A stretch of DNA of 64,000 bases from an uncultured Candidatus Saccharimonas sp. (GTDB lineage: Bacteria; Patescibacteriota; Saccharimonadia; Saccharimonadales; Saccharimonadaceae). Positions within the stretch are counted from its first letter, which is position 1. Every line of letters starts with the position of its first letter. Under the pieces are notes generated by a model. It was not told where the DNA came from. It saw nothing but the letters and a program-made list of their open reading frames with translations, and searched no databases. This document shows positions 19,796-29,973 of the stretch, piece after piece. The DNA lies in contig CAURDS010000001.1 of assembly GCA_963524215.1 (NCBI GenBank), positions 99,625 to 163,624 of the forward strand. Reading direction: 5' to 3'. The position numbers and the translations under genes are program-made.

Positions 19796-20488
19796 TTACA
19801 GCTTTTCAACTTTTCGAAAATCACCAAAATTTAAATCTTTCGGTAAAATATATGAGCCAAAAACTATTCTGTGCAGCTCTTTAACTTCATAGCCTATAGC
19901 CGAAAACGTTCGGCGTATCTGGCGGTTGCGACCTTCACTCATGATAACTTTCCAGTTTTTTCGTGAATCATCAAGTCGTTCAAGCCCGAGCTGTGATTTT
20001 CCGTCTGGTAGATTAATTCCAAAATCGGCAATCATCTGTTGATGAATTGGCTGAAGCGGCGTATCAAGAGAAACTAGATATTCTTTTACCTTTCGAAATT
20101 TTGGGTGGGTCATTTGAAAAGCAAAATCGCCATCATTTGTTAAGAGTAAAATTCCGCTTGAATCTTTATCGAGCCGACCAACTGGTTTTAGCACGCTAAA
20201 TTCTTTTGGAAGAATAGCATAAATTGTTTCATTTTCACCCTGTTTTTTACGCGAGCAGACATAACCGCGAGGTTTATTGAAAATTACATATTTTTTTTCT
20301 TCGCGAGTTTTTGAGATTATTTTTTCGCCAAGCTTTATTTCATCGCCTGCTTTGAATCGTTCGCCGAGTTTAGCGGTCTTATCGTTTATAGAAATTCGCC
20401 CTTTTTCAATAAGCTCATCTGCTTGCCTACGCGAAATTCCTAGCTGTAATGCCAGGAATTTATTTAAGCGTTCTGTTTTTTGCTCCAC
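19796..20488 (-). CDS. RsuA/RluB-family pseudouridine synthase
   Basis: S4 domain (RLNKFLA...SRRQAD), GRLD catalytic motif, EGRNRQIRR. Confidence 0.9.
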   Translation of the reverse strand: MEQKTERLNKFLALQLGISRRQADELIEKGRISINDKTAKLGERFKAGDEIKLGEKIISKTREEKKYVIFNKPRGYVCSRKKQGENETIYAILPKEFSVLKPVGRLDKDSSGILLLTNDGDFAFQMTHPKFRKVKEYLVSLDTPLQPIHQQMIADFGINLPDGKSQLGLERLDDSRKNWKVIMSEGRNRQIRRTFSAIGYEVKELHRIVFGSYILPKDLNFGDFRKVEKL

Positions 20489-20491
20489 AAC

Positions 20492-21460
20492 TTATTGGGC
20501 TCCAAAAGGAGGTTGAGGGTTGTTATTTAAAGGATTTTCGCCTGTTCCGCCTTTTAGGATATCGTTAATTTGAAAAGATAATATTTCTTCATCACTTCGA
20601 CTATTCTTGATTGGTTGAACTACTCGTTCGCCAGAAACAGTTGGTGTGGCTAGCTGATTATTTTGAGCAGCTACTTGAGGTTGATTTACAAAATCACTAA
20701 TTGGATGAGCTGGAGCTTCAATTGTTGGTGATTCTGGTGCTCTAAAATTTTGAGCTGGTACTACTTTAGCGTAAGGCTGTTCAAGCTGTACAGATTGAGG
20801 GGCTGGCTGAATTGGCTGGTTTGTAGAAAAAGATATTGGTTGTTCTCTTTCGAATTGAGCTAAACCTGGTGCTGCGGCACGTTCTGGAGATTGAATAGGT
20901 TGAATTGGCCGAACTGGTGCTGGTGCTGGTTTTTCGAAATTTTGAATTGGCGCTTGAGCTGCCTGCGTTTGCGCGGTAGAATATAATTCAACTGGTGCTT
21001 TAATTTCTTGCGATTGAATTTCAGAAGTTTCTTCGGCGGGCATAGGTATTGGTGCTTGTTTTTGTGCAGTTCGCTGTTCTACTGTTAAATCGCCATCTCC
21101 AAGAACCTCGTGAACTGTTCGCACAACATCTTCGATTCCCACTTGAGATTTTACTAGATAGCGGTCGGCACCAAGTGCTTCACCACGACGGCGCTGATCT
21201 TCACTAGAGAGAGCTGTCATCATAATAACTTTAATGCCGCGCGTTTCAGTTGTTGAGCGCAATATATCAAGCATATCAAAGCCAGAAATCTTTGGCATCA
21301 TTACATCGCTTACAATTAAGTTTGGTCGTTCTTTAATCGCCATTGCGAGTGCTTCTTCTCCGTCACCGGCCGAAACGATATCGTATCCTTCTGCCAATAA
21401 TCGAACGCCATAAATCTCGCGCAAACTTTTATCATCTTCTACTAATAAAATCTTTGTCAT
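20492..21460 (-). CDS. Response regulator: receiver plus long P/Q/A-rich tail
   Basis: LLVEDD, DVMMP, YLVK; no recognisable output domain. Confidence 0.85.
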   Translation of the reverse strand: MTKILLVEDDKSLREIYGVRLLAEGYDIVSAGDGEEALAMAIKERPNLIVSDVMMPKISGFDMLDILRSTTETRGIKVIMMTALSSEDQRRRGEALGADRYLVKSQVGIEDVVRTVHEVLGDGDLTVEQRTAQKQAPIPMPAEETSEIQSQEIKAPVELYSTAQTQAAQAPIQNFEKPAPAPVRPIQPIQSPERAAAPGLAQFEREQPISFSTNQPIQPAPQSVQLEQPYAKVVPAQNFRAPESPTIEAPAHPISDFVNQPQVAAQNNQLATPTVSGERVVQPIKNSRSDEEILSFQINDILKGGTGENPLNNNPQPPFGAQ

Positions 21461-21510
21461 ATTGCTCCTATTATACTATTATTTTTCGAAAAAATCTATA
21501 CTATTTATGC

Positions 21511-23415
21511 TTAATTTTTCCTCTGATTTATCATTTTTTGAGCGTATTCAATTTTCATTCTTTCGATATCATTTAGAGTCGGCTGATTTGATGGATACTG
21601 GCTCGGCTGAGGTGCTGTATTCTGCGTAGTTTCCATCATCTGGGGCGGTTGAAATTGTTGATTTTTTATATCTATTGAACTTTGAGGTGAGTAATTATTT
21701 TGAACAGTTTGTGCGTTCTGTTGTGAATTTTCAGCTACTATTTGAGCATTATAATTTTGTACTGTTTGAGGATTTGGCACAGAATTTTGGCCATTATGAT
21801 TTTGTGCTCCCGATAGAGGGCTAAAACCTTGAATCGCGCCATATTTAGAAAATTCTTGCTGTGTTTGAGCTACATTTTGCGCTAATTGGTTTTGTTTAGT
21901 ATTTACGACATTTGATTGCGGAATTGGAGCTGTATTCTGCACGAAATTATCATAAATTTGTTGTTCTTGTTGTTGAACAGCTTCAGTTGTATTTTGTATA
22001 TACGGAGTTTGTTGAGCTTGCGAAACCTCTGGTTGTGTATTTTGCGGAATAGTTTCAGGAATACTAATTGAAGTTTCTGGCTGAATTTCTTGGGTGATTT
22101 CGAAAACTTCTTCGCTTGGATTTTCTATTTTAGGATCTTCAAGAATTGCCGTAATGTCGCGGTCGGCCTCGTCGATTTCGCGTTGATTATTCTTTTGTTC
22201 AATTTTTTGGTGCTCTTCAGCTTTTTTAGTATCTTCAATAGCTTTTAATTTTTCGGCGTTTTCGCGCGTAATTCTTGGCAATTTTACAGTAAAAGTGCTA
22301 CCTTTTTTATATTCGCTTTCAACATCTAAAAAGCCACCAATTGACTCGGTAAGTTTGCGCGACAAAAATAGCCCGAGCCCTGTACCATTAATTTCTCGCG
22401 TTTCAGAATTATCTACACGATAAAATTTTTGAAACAAATGTGGAATATCTTCGGCCGGAATTCCAATTCCACTATCTTTAACAGAAATTTGAACATTGTT
22501 GTTATCGCCCGTAACATTCACAGAGACTGTTCCGCTCGGCGTATATTTTATGGCATTTTCGAAAAGGTTATTCAAAATTTCATGTAAGTGATCGCGGTCG
22601 GCATGAACAAAAAATACTGGTGTTAGAGTTTTTTCGCCCGTTTTGTGTTTATCTGGTTCGAAAATATAATTCAATCCCTTCGCTTCAGCTTTTGGCTTTA
22701 GCCCTTCCCAAATGTTTCGTGAAAATTCAATTGCATCTAAAACAACAGGTTCATTTTTGAGCCGTCCGTCTTCTGCTTTTGTAATATCGAGTAAATCTTG
22801 AAAAAGTTGGCCTAAATGCTTGGTGTTTTCGTGGGCTTTTTGAAGGTAAGATTTTGCGCGTGCGTCAATCGTTGCGGTAGCTGGGTTGAGAGCCAAGCCA
22901 ATATATCCTTCAATACTTGCAACTGGTGTTCTCATTTCGTGGCTCGCAGTTGATATAAACTCTGCTTGTTCACGGTTGTCTTTTAACTCTTTCGAAATAT
23001 CCCTAAAAACTACAACTACGCCAGAATTTTGACTATCAATCGAGTTTACGGCCAAGAAAATCGGAACAATTTTCCCGCTTTGAGTTTTAATGAATAAATC
23101 TCGTGTTGTAAAATTTTCACCAGTTTGTAAAACGCGATTCACCGGGTTGGAAATTTCAATCATTTCGCCACCCTCATTATTAGTAATTTTTAAAACTGAA
23201 TTAAAAACCAATCCAGCCGCATCACTACCATTCCAGCCCGTAATTTGTTCTGCTGCTGGGTTGATTGCCAAGATATTCCCTTTTGAATCAACTGCTAAAA
23301 CTCCATCATCAACAGCATCTAAAATTGCTTTTCCGTCGCCTAAAAAGCTGCTCGAAGTATTTTTCGAATTTTTATTTTCTGAGTTTTCGCTAAAAATATT
23401 TTTTAAGTTAAACAT
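21511..23415 (-). CDS. Cytoplasmic PAS histidine kinase with Q/N-rich C-terminal tail
   Basis: PAS (DGVL.VD..G.I...NPAAE), SHEMRTP, NAIKYT, DSGIG, GTGLGL. Start position uncertain. Confidence 0.9.
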   Translation of the reverse strand: MFNLKNIFSENSENKNSKNTSSSFLGDGKAILDAVDDGVLAVDSKGNILAINPAAEQITGWNGSDAAGLVFNSVLKITNNEGGEMIEISNPVNRVLQTGENFTTRDLFIKTQSGKIVPIFLAVNSIDSQNSGVVVVFRDISKELKDNREQAEFISTASHEMRTPVASIEGYIGLALNPATATIDARAKSYLQKAHENTKHLGQLFQDLLDITKAEDGRLKNEPVVLDAIEFSRNIWEGLKPKAEAKGLNYIFEPDKHKTGEKTLTPVFFVHADRDHLHEILNNLFENAIKYTPSGTVSVNVTGDNNNVQISVKDSGIGIPAEDIPHLFQKFYRVDNSETREINGTGLGLFLSRKLTESIGGFLDVESEYKKGSTFTVKLPRITRENAEKLKAIEDTKKAEEHQKIEQKNNQREIDEADRDITAILEDPKIENPSEEVFEITQEIQPETSISIPETIPQNTQPEVSQAQQTPYIQNTTEAVQQQEQQIYDNFVQNTAPIPQSNVVNTKQNQLAQNVAQTQQEFSKYGAIQGFSPLSGAQNHNGQNSVPNPQTVQNYNAQIVAENSQQNAQTVQNNYSPQSSIDIKNQQFQPPQMMETTQNTAPQPSQYPSNQPTLNDIERMKIEYAQKMINQRKN

Positions 23416-23496
23416 TGCCCACTTCCTTGATGTAAATAGTTTAACATAATCACTTTCAAAAATCAATAAAAAAGCGAGCATTTTGCTCACTCTGTT

Positions 23497-24348
23497 TTAG
23501 AATAATTTTGCAACTACTACATCACAGCAGTGCAAATTATTCTTGAAATTATCGATGTAAAAATCGATAATCTTGTAATGTACCTCTATGTCATGATCAA
23601 TTTGCTCTGTGCTTAGATCTTTTCGAGCTGCAATAGCGTTAATCTTGAGCTTGTTTTCGTTGATTAAGTTTTCGAAACGAACTTGTCGTTTAATCCTTGC
23701 ACTACGAAGCTCTTCCTTGATTCTGAGAAGCTCTCCGTTCCCTTCTTTTGGCTCTGGGCCTTGAAGCTCCTTTTTTCGAAGCTCCAAATCCATCAGGTAT
23801 ATCGCTTTTTCATCTCGGCAAATCGTTCTGCAAAGATTGAATGCGTAAGCCGGAACGATTTCTGCAGCGTTCAAAATTTTCCCATCTTTTTTGATTTCGC
23901 CGCTATATCCATTCACCGCAAATGAACGCGGAGATTTCGAGTTCAAAAAAGCGTAGGTGCCATCAATTGTAGGTTGAGCTTCGGCCCATTCGTCAATTTT
24001 ATGAACTAAATAGCTAGCACAACCTTGATTTTGATAGTCTTCGAGCGTGAACATTGAACCGATTTCGCCCAATTTCCAGCCTAAAGAATTAATTTGTGGC
24101 TTCATCATTGAAGCCGATGCGATAACCTTATCGGTTTTTTTGTCAAAAAGTAACGCAACGCAAGCTTTTTCCATAATGTCATCTGGTGACATATCTAAGA
24201 CTGTGCTGTCTTGCTTTGTTAGGCTTGAAAGCCACAATGCAATTTTATGCTGCAGTTCTAAGTCTAGATTATGCAAAAAACAAAACAGCCATTCGCCGTT
24301 CTCGACCTTTTTCGTAACATTTAAAATACCTCTATCCTTAATTTTCAT
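23497..24348 (-). CDS. GNAT-family acetyltransferase
   Basis: EIGSMFT..DYQNQGCA acetyl-CoA motif; GGAGG SD. Confidence 0.65.
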   Translation of the reverse strand: MKIKDRGILNVTKKVENGEWLFCFLHNLDLELQHKIALWLSSLTKQDSTVLDMSPDDIMEKACVALLFDKKTDKVIASASMMKPQINSLGWKLGEIGSMFTLEDYQNQGCASYLVHKIDEWAEAQPTIDGTYAFLNSKSPRSFAVNGYSGEIKKDGKILNAAEIVPAYAFNLCRTICRDEKAIYLMDLELRKKELQGPEPKEGNGELLRIKEELRSARIKRQVRFENLINENKLKINAIAARKDLSTEQIDHDIEVHYKIIDFYIDNFKNNLHCCDVVVAKLF

Positions 24349-24491
24349 TTTCCCACCTCCAAAATATATTTCGAAAAATCGATAGATTTTATAATTATAT
24401 CATAAAATTCATAAAAAAGCAATAATCTAAAAAATATTAAAATAAAAAACCGCCCTTCTTTAAGAAAAGCGATTTTTTAAAATTTTTAAAA

Positions 24492-24617
24492 TTATTTTGC
24501 GGCCAAAGCTGCTGCAATTCGTTCGCGGCGTTTTGCTTCGCGGCGTTTTTCAATTTTTAGTTTTGCGCGCAAAGCTCGTTTGCGGTCTGCTCCATGCCAA
24601 CTTTTATGTTTAGCCAT
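24492..24617 (-). CDS. 41-aa K/R-rich small protein, absent from the ORF track
   Basis: MAKHKSWHGADRKRALRAKLKIEKRREAKRRERIAAALAAK; GAAAGGA SD; TTGAAA-17-TATAAT promoter; downstream hairpin. Confidence 0.8.
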   Translation of the reverse strand: MAKHKSWHGADRKRALRAKLKIEKRREAKRRERIAAALAAK

Positions 24618-24685
24618 TTCTTTCCTTTCGTTAAAAAATAAAACAATTCTGAACAATTATAGCACACTTTTTTGAGAATTTCAAA

Positions 24686-25360
24686 CTATCTGCCATAAAC
24701 CAATCGTGAGACATTCTGGTAGTAAACTTGCACCGCATGGTAAAAATTTTGAAGTTCTGTTCCTTTTAAATCAAAATAGTGTGGCCCAGCTTCAATTTTA
24801 ATCACTTGGTCTTTTCGAAGCTCATATCTGGTTGTATTTTGGTGAACTTTTCGCTTGCCGTCAATCCATTCTTCATGATAAATCCAAGAATTATGGTCAA
24901 GCACGAAAAATTCTCGCCGAATGCCGTTCGTTGTTGGCCCAAAAATTTGTGCGCCAACTTTGCTCTCAAGATTAATTAACGCTCGCGAAATATCTTGCGG
25001 ATTTTTCTTAAATTTCGCAAAAATATATTTATAATAGAGCTGATTGCTCTCGTGTTTTTTTGAATTTTTCAAAAAAGATTTTCTAGTATATTTTAAGTGC
25101 GAAAGACGAATTTCTTCTTCAGCGATATTTCGAAATTGCAAAATTTGGGCGCTTTTTGCAAACATTTCACCAAAAATATCAATTTGATTATTCTTTACTA
25201 TTGGCTGGAATGTGGGCTTTCTAACCTGTTGAATAGGTTTTAAAGGCATTCGTTTTGGCGTGTCATAAGCAATCTGGATTTTTGGTTTTTTGAAATCTGG
25301 CTCTTTCTGAGCTTCTGGAAAATATGGAATTTGATATAAACTTTTGTCAGAATTGTTCAT
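24686..25360 (-). CDS. Hypothetical protein
   Basis: 224-aa ORF with TTGACA-17-TACAAT promoter. Confidence 0.75.
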   Translation of the reverse strand: MNNSDKSLYQIPYFPEAQKEPDFKKPKIQIAYDTPKRMPLKPIQQVRKPTFQPIVKNNQIDIFGEMFAKSAQILQFRNIAEEEIRLSHLKYTRKSFLKNSKKHESNQLYYKYIFAKFKKNPQDISRALINLESKVGAQIFGPTTNGIRREFFVLDHNSWIYHEEWIDGKRKVHQNTTRYELRKDQVIKIEAGPHYFDLKGTELQNFYHAVQVYYQNVSRLVYGR

Positions 25361-25423
25361 TTTTAAACCTTAAATATGATTAAATTGTATCATATTTTAA
25401 TATTTTTGTCAATATTTGGTAGA

Positions 25424-26206
25424 TTAAATTTTAAATAGTTTTTCACAATTTTCGGTTGTAATTTTGGCAACTTCTTCAGCTGAAATTTGCCGTTTTTCTG
25501 CTAAATCTTCAATAATTAACTTCGAAAAAGCTGGCTGGTTTGGCTTACCACGCTTGCCTTTTGGTGCTAAAAATGGTGAATCTGTTTCAATTAATATTTT
25601 TGAAAGTGGAATGCTCGCAAACATTTCAAGATCTTCGGGCTTTTTTGTAAAAGTTGAAATTCCATTTACGCCAATAAATAAATCGCGCTTTAAAGCTTTG
25701 CTTAAATTATCTTTCGAATCTGTAAAAGAATGCAAAACTCCACGAATTTTACCGAATTTTGAAATTTCATCAAAAATTGGCCAAAAATCTTCGAAAGCAT
25801 TTCGAACATGAAAACTTACGGGCAGATTTAGTTTTTGAGCAAGCTTGAGCTGAGCTTTTAGAATTTGTTTTTGCACCTCGCGGTTGGAATTTTCATAAAA
25901 ATAATCAAGACCAATTTCACCAATAGCCACCACTTTTGGAGCTTTCGAAAGCCGTTCAAGTTCATGAATTAACTCTTCTGGGTCGTATTTCTCGGCTTCA
26001 TGTGGATGAACGCCAATTGCTGCAAAAAGTTCAATTTTGCTAGAATTTTCTTCAGCAAATTTAACGCCAATTTTAGAATTTTCAAGATTTTCGCCAATAC
26101 AAATCGCTTTCGATATTTTAGAATTTTGCATATTCTCAAAAACTTCTTCTTGCGGAATTGGAAAATTTGCATCGTGAATGTGGCAATGTGAATCAATGAT
26201 TTTCAT
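25424..26206 (-). CDS. tatD: TatD family hydrolase
   Basis: IDSHCH, GVHPH, GEIGLDY, ETDSP. Confidence 0.95.
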   Translation of the reverse strand: MKIIDSHCHIHDANFPIPQEEVFENMQNSKISKAICIGENLENSKIGVKFAEENSSKIELFAAIGVHPHEAEKYDPEELIHELERLSKAPKVVAIGEIGLDYFYENSNREVQKQILKAQLKLAQKLNLPVSFHVRNAFEDFWPIFDEISKFGKIRGVLHSFTDSKDNLSKALKRDLFIGVNGISTFTKKPEDLEMFASIPLSKILIETDSPFLAPKGKRGKPNQPAFSKLIIEDLAEKRQISAEEVAKITTENCEKLFKI

Positions 26207-26254
26207 TTTATCCTTTCGAAAGTCGAAACCTCAGCATTAAAGCCGAGGTTCTGG

Positions 26255-27775
26255 TTATTTTTTAGCTTGATTATTTTGTGCGGCTGCGATTTTTGCGACA
26301 CGTGGATCTTCAGTTTTAAGATAAATTTTTGGGAAAAGTAAGCCAATTTCTTCGTCGCGAATTACGCCACTACCAAAAATCGTTTGGAGTTTTTCGGCTG
26401 TATCTGGCATAAACGGTTCAAGCATTTTGCTGATTTGCAATAAACCTGAAACAGAGTGTGCAAGAACTTCTGCTAGATGATTTTCTTCATCTTTATTCTC
26501 TTTTGCTTTTTTAGCAATTTCCCAAGGTTTTACACCTTCAATATATTGATTGTGGGCGCGAACCAATCCCCAAATTTCATCAATTGCTTTGTTGAATTCT
26601 AGAGATTTCATATATTCATTGTAAGTATGGCGGTCGTGCTCATCACTAGGAATCTCACCAACCACGCCAGATTGATAACGTTTAACCATATTAGATACAC
26701 GTGAAGCCAAATTGCCGAGGTCGTTACCAAGTTCGTTGTTGTAGGCATTTTCGAACTTCTCCCAGGTAAAATCTCCATCATCTTGAGTTGCAACGTGCCG
26801 TGAGAAATAATACCTAAAAGCATCTAGCCCGTAATTATTGATAATTTCGTTCGGATCAACCACATTGCCGATCGATTTACTCATTTTCACACCGTTGCTT
26901 GAAATGTGGCCATGAACAAGCAGAGTTTTTGGTAAAGCTAAATCAAGCCCAAGCAGCATTGCTGGCCAGATTCCCGCATGAAAACGTAAAATATCTTTTC
27001 CAATAACTTGCACATTTGCTGGCCAAAATTCTTGCCAGCCTGCAACATCTGGGTATCCGATCACGGTTAAATAGTTTGCGAGCGCATCAATCCAAACATA
27101 CATTACTTGTTCTGGATCACCAGGAACAGGCACGCCCCAAGTTAAATTCTTTTTTGGTCGCGAAATCGAAACGTCTTCAAGTCCGCCTTTCAAAAAGTTT
27201 AAAAATTCTTTCTTGCGATATTCTGGCGCGATTTTCATTCGGTCAGTTTCAATGGCTTCGATAATTTTTGGTGTAAATTCTGAAATTCGTAAGTAATAAT
27301 TCTCTTCTGAAAGCCTTTCGAAAGGTTTTTGATGGTTTGGGCAAACGCCATGAAATTCAGTCACTTCTTTTTCAGTGTAAAAACTCTCACAACCTGTACA
27401 ATACCATCCTTCATAAGTATTTTTATAAATATATGGCTGAAGTTTCATCCAAATATATTGAGCTGCTCCAACGTGATGAGAATCGGTTGTTCGCACAAAA
27501 TCCGTATAAGTTGTCTTCATTTTGTCCATTAAATTTTTAAAATTCTGGACAGTTCCATCAACGTATTCTTGTGGAGTTAAACCGTTTTCGGCGGCTTTTT
27601 CAGCGATTTTATTACCATGTTCATCTGTTCCAACCTGAAAACGAACTTCATTTCCTTGCTGGCGCTGGTATCTTGCCCAAATATCGGCAATTAAGTAATC
27701 AAGAGCGTTTCCAATATGAGGCGCTCCATTTGCATAAGGAATTGCAGTTGTTATATAAAGTTTTTTCTTTGTCAT
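26255..27775 (-). CDS. metG: Methionyl-tRNA synthetase (short form)
   Basis: YANG.PHIGN, GTDEHG, YVWIDAL, KMSKS. Confidence 0.95.
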   Translation of the reverse strand: MTKKKLYITTAIPYANGAPHIGNALDYLIADIWARYQRQQGNEVRFQVGTDEHGNKIAEKAAENGLTPQEYVDGTVQNFKNLMDKMKTTYTDFVRTTDSHHVGAAQYIWMKLQPYIYKNTYEGWYCTGCESFYTEKEVTEFHGVCPNHQKPFERLSEENYYLRISEFTPKIIEAIETDRMKIAPEYRKKEFLNFLKGGLEDVSISRPKKNLTWGVPVPGDPEQVMYVWIDALANYLTVIGYPDVAGWQEFWPANVQVIGKDILRFHAGIWPAMLLGLDLALPKTLLVHGHISSNGVKMSKSIGNVVDPNEIINNYGLDAFRYYFSRHVATQDDGDFTWEKFENAYNNELGNDLGNLASRVSNMVKRYQSGVVGEIPSDEHDRHTYNEYMKSLEFNKAIDEIWGLVRAHNQYIEGVKPWEIAKKAKENKDEENHLAEVLAHSVSGLLQISKMLEPFMPDTAEKLQTIFGSGVIRDEEIGLLFPKIYLKTEDPRVAKIAAAQNNQAKK

Positions 27776-27849
27776 ACTGCTTATAGTATAACATATTTTT
27801 CGAAAAAGAGAAAGTTGGAATCATTGTTAAGCTTATGAATAAAAATTAT

Positions 27850-28737
27850 TTATTTCAAATCAAGATAGTATCGAGTAATTTCAAGCCAGTTTTCGATAGT
27901 TAATTCTTGTGCACGCGCATCTGGCGAAACCTTGGCTTGCGCAAGTATTTCAATTGTTTGTTCTTTACTCAATGCTAAATTCGCACTTAGTGCTTTTAGA
28001 ATTTTTTTTCGTCGAGCAGTAAAACCAGCTTTAACTATACGGAAAAATTGTTTTTCTGATATTTTAGTGCTATTTTGCTCATTAAAACACTCAAGCTTAT
28101 TTTTTTCTAGAATCTTTAGAATTACTACTTGCGAATCAACTTTTGGCGGCGGCGTAAACAACTCTCGTGGTACAAATTGGCCAAGTTTGCAATCAGCGTA
28201 AATCTGTGATGCGATTGATAAAACACTTAAATCGCCAGATTTTGCACAAATTCTCTCAGCAACTTCTTTTTGCACTAAAAGTGCGGCAATACTTGGTTTA
28301 TTTTCGCTAGTGAGTAATTTTTCAACAATTTTTGAAGTAATATAATACGGTACGTTCGCAGCAACTTTATAATTTTTTGGTAATTTCGAAAGATCGAAAT
28401 CTAAAAAATCCGTATTTTTTACGGTTAAATTTTTCCCTGGGAATTGTGCTGGTAGTTTTTTTGCCAAATTTTCATCAAACTCGATTGAGAGAACTTCACC
28501 ATCTTTACCTGCGAATTTTAAAAGTGAAGAAGTTAAAGTTCCAAGCCCTGGGCCGATTTCAAGTACGAAATCACCGTTTTTGATTCCAGCTTCTTCTGCT
28601 ATTCCATCTAGAACAACCCTGTCTCGCAACCAGTGCTGACCAAGTGATTTATTATTTTTTAAATTTGAATTTTCGCTATTTTTGGATTTTTTCGAAAACT
28701 TTTTATCAGATTTTTGATTAAATTTCAAATTTACCAC
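27850..28737 (-). CDS. rsmA: 16S rRNA dimethyladenosine transferase KsgA
   Basis: KSLGQHWL, EIGPGLG, ANVPYYI, QKEVAER, F.PPPKVDS. GTG start overlaps the upstream stop. Confidence 0.9.
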   Translation of the reverse strand: MVNLKFNQKSDKKFSKKSKNSENSNLKNNKSLGQHWLRDRVVLDGIAEEAGIKNGDFVLEIGPGLGTLTSSLLKFAGKDGEVLSIEFDENLAKKLPAQFPGKNLTVKNTDFLDFDLSKLPKNYKVAANVPYYITSKIVEKLLTSENKPSIAALLVQKEVAERICAKSGDLSVLSIASQIYADCKLGQFVPRELFTPPPKVDSQVVILKILEKNKLECFNEQNSTKISEKQFFRIVKAGFTARRKKILKALSANLALSKEQTIEILAQAKVSPDARAQELTIENWLEITRYYLDLK

Positions 28738-29930
28738 TAATACCAACCCTTTGCTTTTTTATGAGCATAAGCGTTTTGCCAGCTTCCATAGCGACCAAGT
28801 ACATAAGAATTCATCCACTTAAGCTGCGTAATTGGGTTTGTTTGCCAGTCAGCTCCGGCTGAAGCCATTTTCGAACCAGGTAAAGCTTGCGGAATGCCAT
28901 AAGCCCCACTCGATCTGTTTGTTGCGTTAACTCGCCAGCCAGATTCTTGACCGATAATTGCATTTGCAGCTCCGTGGTCGCTTGAAGAAATTCCTGCGGC
29001 ACTCAACCAATCGCTGTGCGAGCCAGCTGGTAGGTTCACTTTTGTGCCAACAATCTCAACTTGTTTTTTAGCAGCTTTAATTTCTGTCTCGTTAATTTTT
29101 TTGCGTGAAACTTCTTTACCATTTTGCATTTCAATTTCATAAGTTACGCTTTTCGAGCCTTTTTTCCCAGCTTCTTTTATTTCTTTATAGCTAGAATCTT
29201 TATTTGCATCTTTAATTATTTCGGTTGAGAAAGCAATTTCTTCTTCAGTTGTAATTGTTTGCTTACCGTTTCGCCAAATTCGAAAACTCAAACCGTTCGA
29301 AATTGTGGTTTTTTTATCAATTGAAATTCCGTCATCTTTTGTGAGCGATATACTCTTTTCTTTTAAGAAATCCTCTACGGTTTTACTCTGCGTTCGAAAA
29401 CTTTCGGTTTTACCAAAAAGTTCAACCAAAATCTCTTTTGCTCGTGTAATTTTTAATGAGTTTGTTGTTCCGTCTTCAAGAATGCTGCCAGATTGTTCAA
29501 AAGCAACTTTATCTTCATTATGAATTTTGATTCCGGATTTTTGAATGATCTGCCGCGGGGTTTGAGCGGCGGTCATTACTTTTATTTTCGAATCACCATC
29601 TTCAATAATTACTGGTTTTGCACGATAAATATTTACACTATATTCCGTGCCTGTTAGTTCGCCGTCAAGGCTTGGTTCAACCGTATCTTCTTTCGAAAAA
29701 CTAATTTTTTGCGCATTTAATGCTTCTCGAACAGTGTTTGCATTAGTTTTAAAAGAAAATCTTTGGCCATTTTCGAAAACAGTTAAAATTTTATTTCCTT
29801 CACCGCTAGCTTTGGCGGAATTTCGCCCAGCAATTGCAAAAATGTTTAATAAAAGTAAAAATCCAAGCGAGATAAATCCCGCAATTGTGATCTGTTTTTT
29901 ATAAAAATAAATTGGTTGTAAAACTCGCAT
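28737..29930 (-). CDS. YabE/RpfB-like protein: DUF348 repeats, G5 domain, C-terminal lytic transglycosylase
   Basis: TV.EAL/TV.DFL repeats, G5 (G.KG...VTY...NG), QESGW...SGAYGIPQALPG...NPITQL. Confidence 0.85.
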   Translation of the reverse strand: MRVLQPIYFYKKQITIAGFISLGFLLLLNIFAIAGRNSAKASGEGNKILTVFENGQRFSFKTNANTVREALNAQKISFSKEDTVEPSLDGELTGTEYSVNIYRAKPVIIEDGDSKIKVMTAAQTPRQIIQKSGIKIHNEDKVAFEQSGSILEDGTTNSLKITRAKEILVELFGKTESFRTQSKTVEDFLKEKSISLTKDDGISIDKKTTISNGLSFRIWRNGKQTITTEEEIAFSTEIIKDANKDSSYKEIKEAGKKGSKSVTYEIEMQNGKEVSRKKINETEIKAAKKQVEIVGTKVNLPAGSHSDWLSAAGISSSDHGAANAIIGQESGWRVNATNRSSGAYGIPQALPGSKMASAGADWQTNPITQLKWMNSYVLGRYGSWQNAYAHKKAKGWY

Positions 29931-29973
29931 TATTAAATCTATTTTAGCAAATAAAATTCGAAAGGTCAAATTT

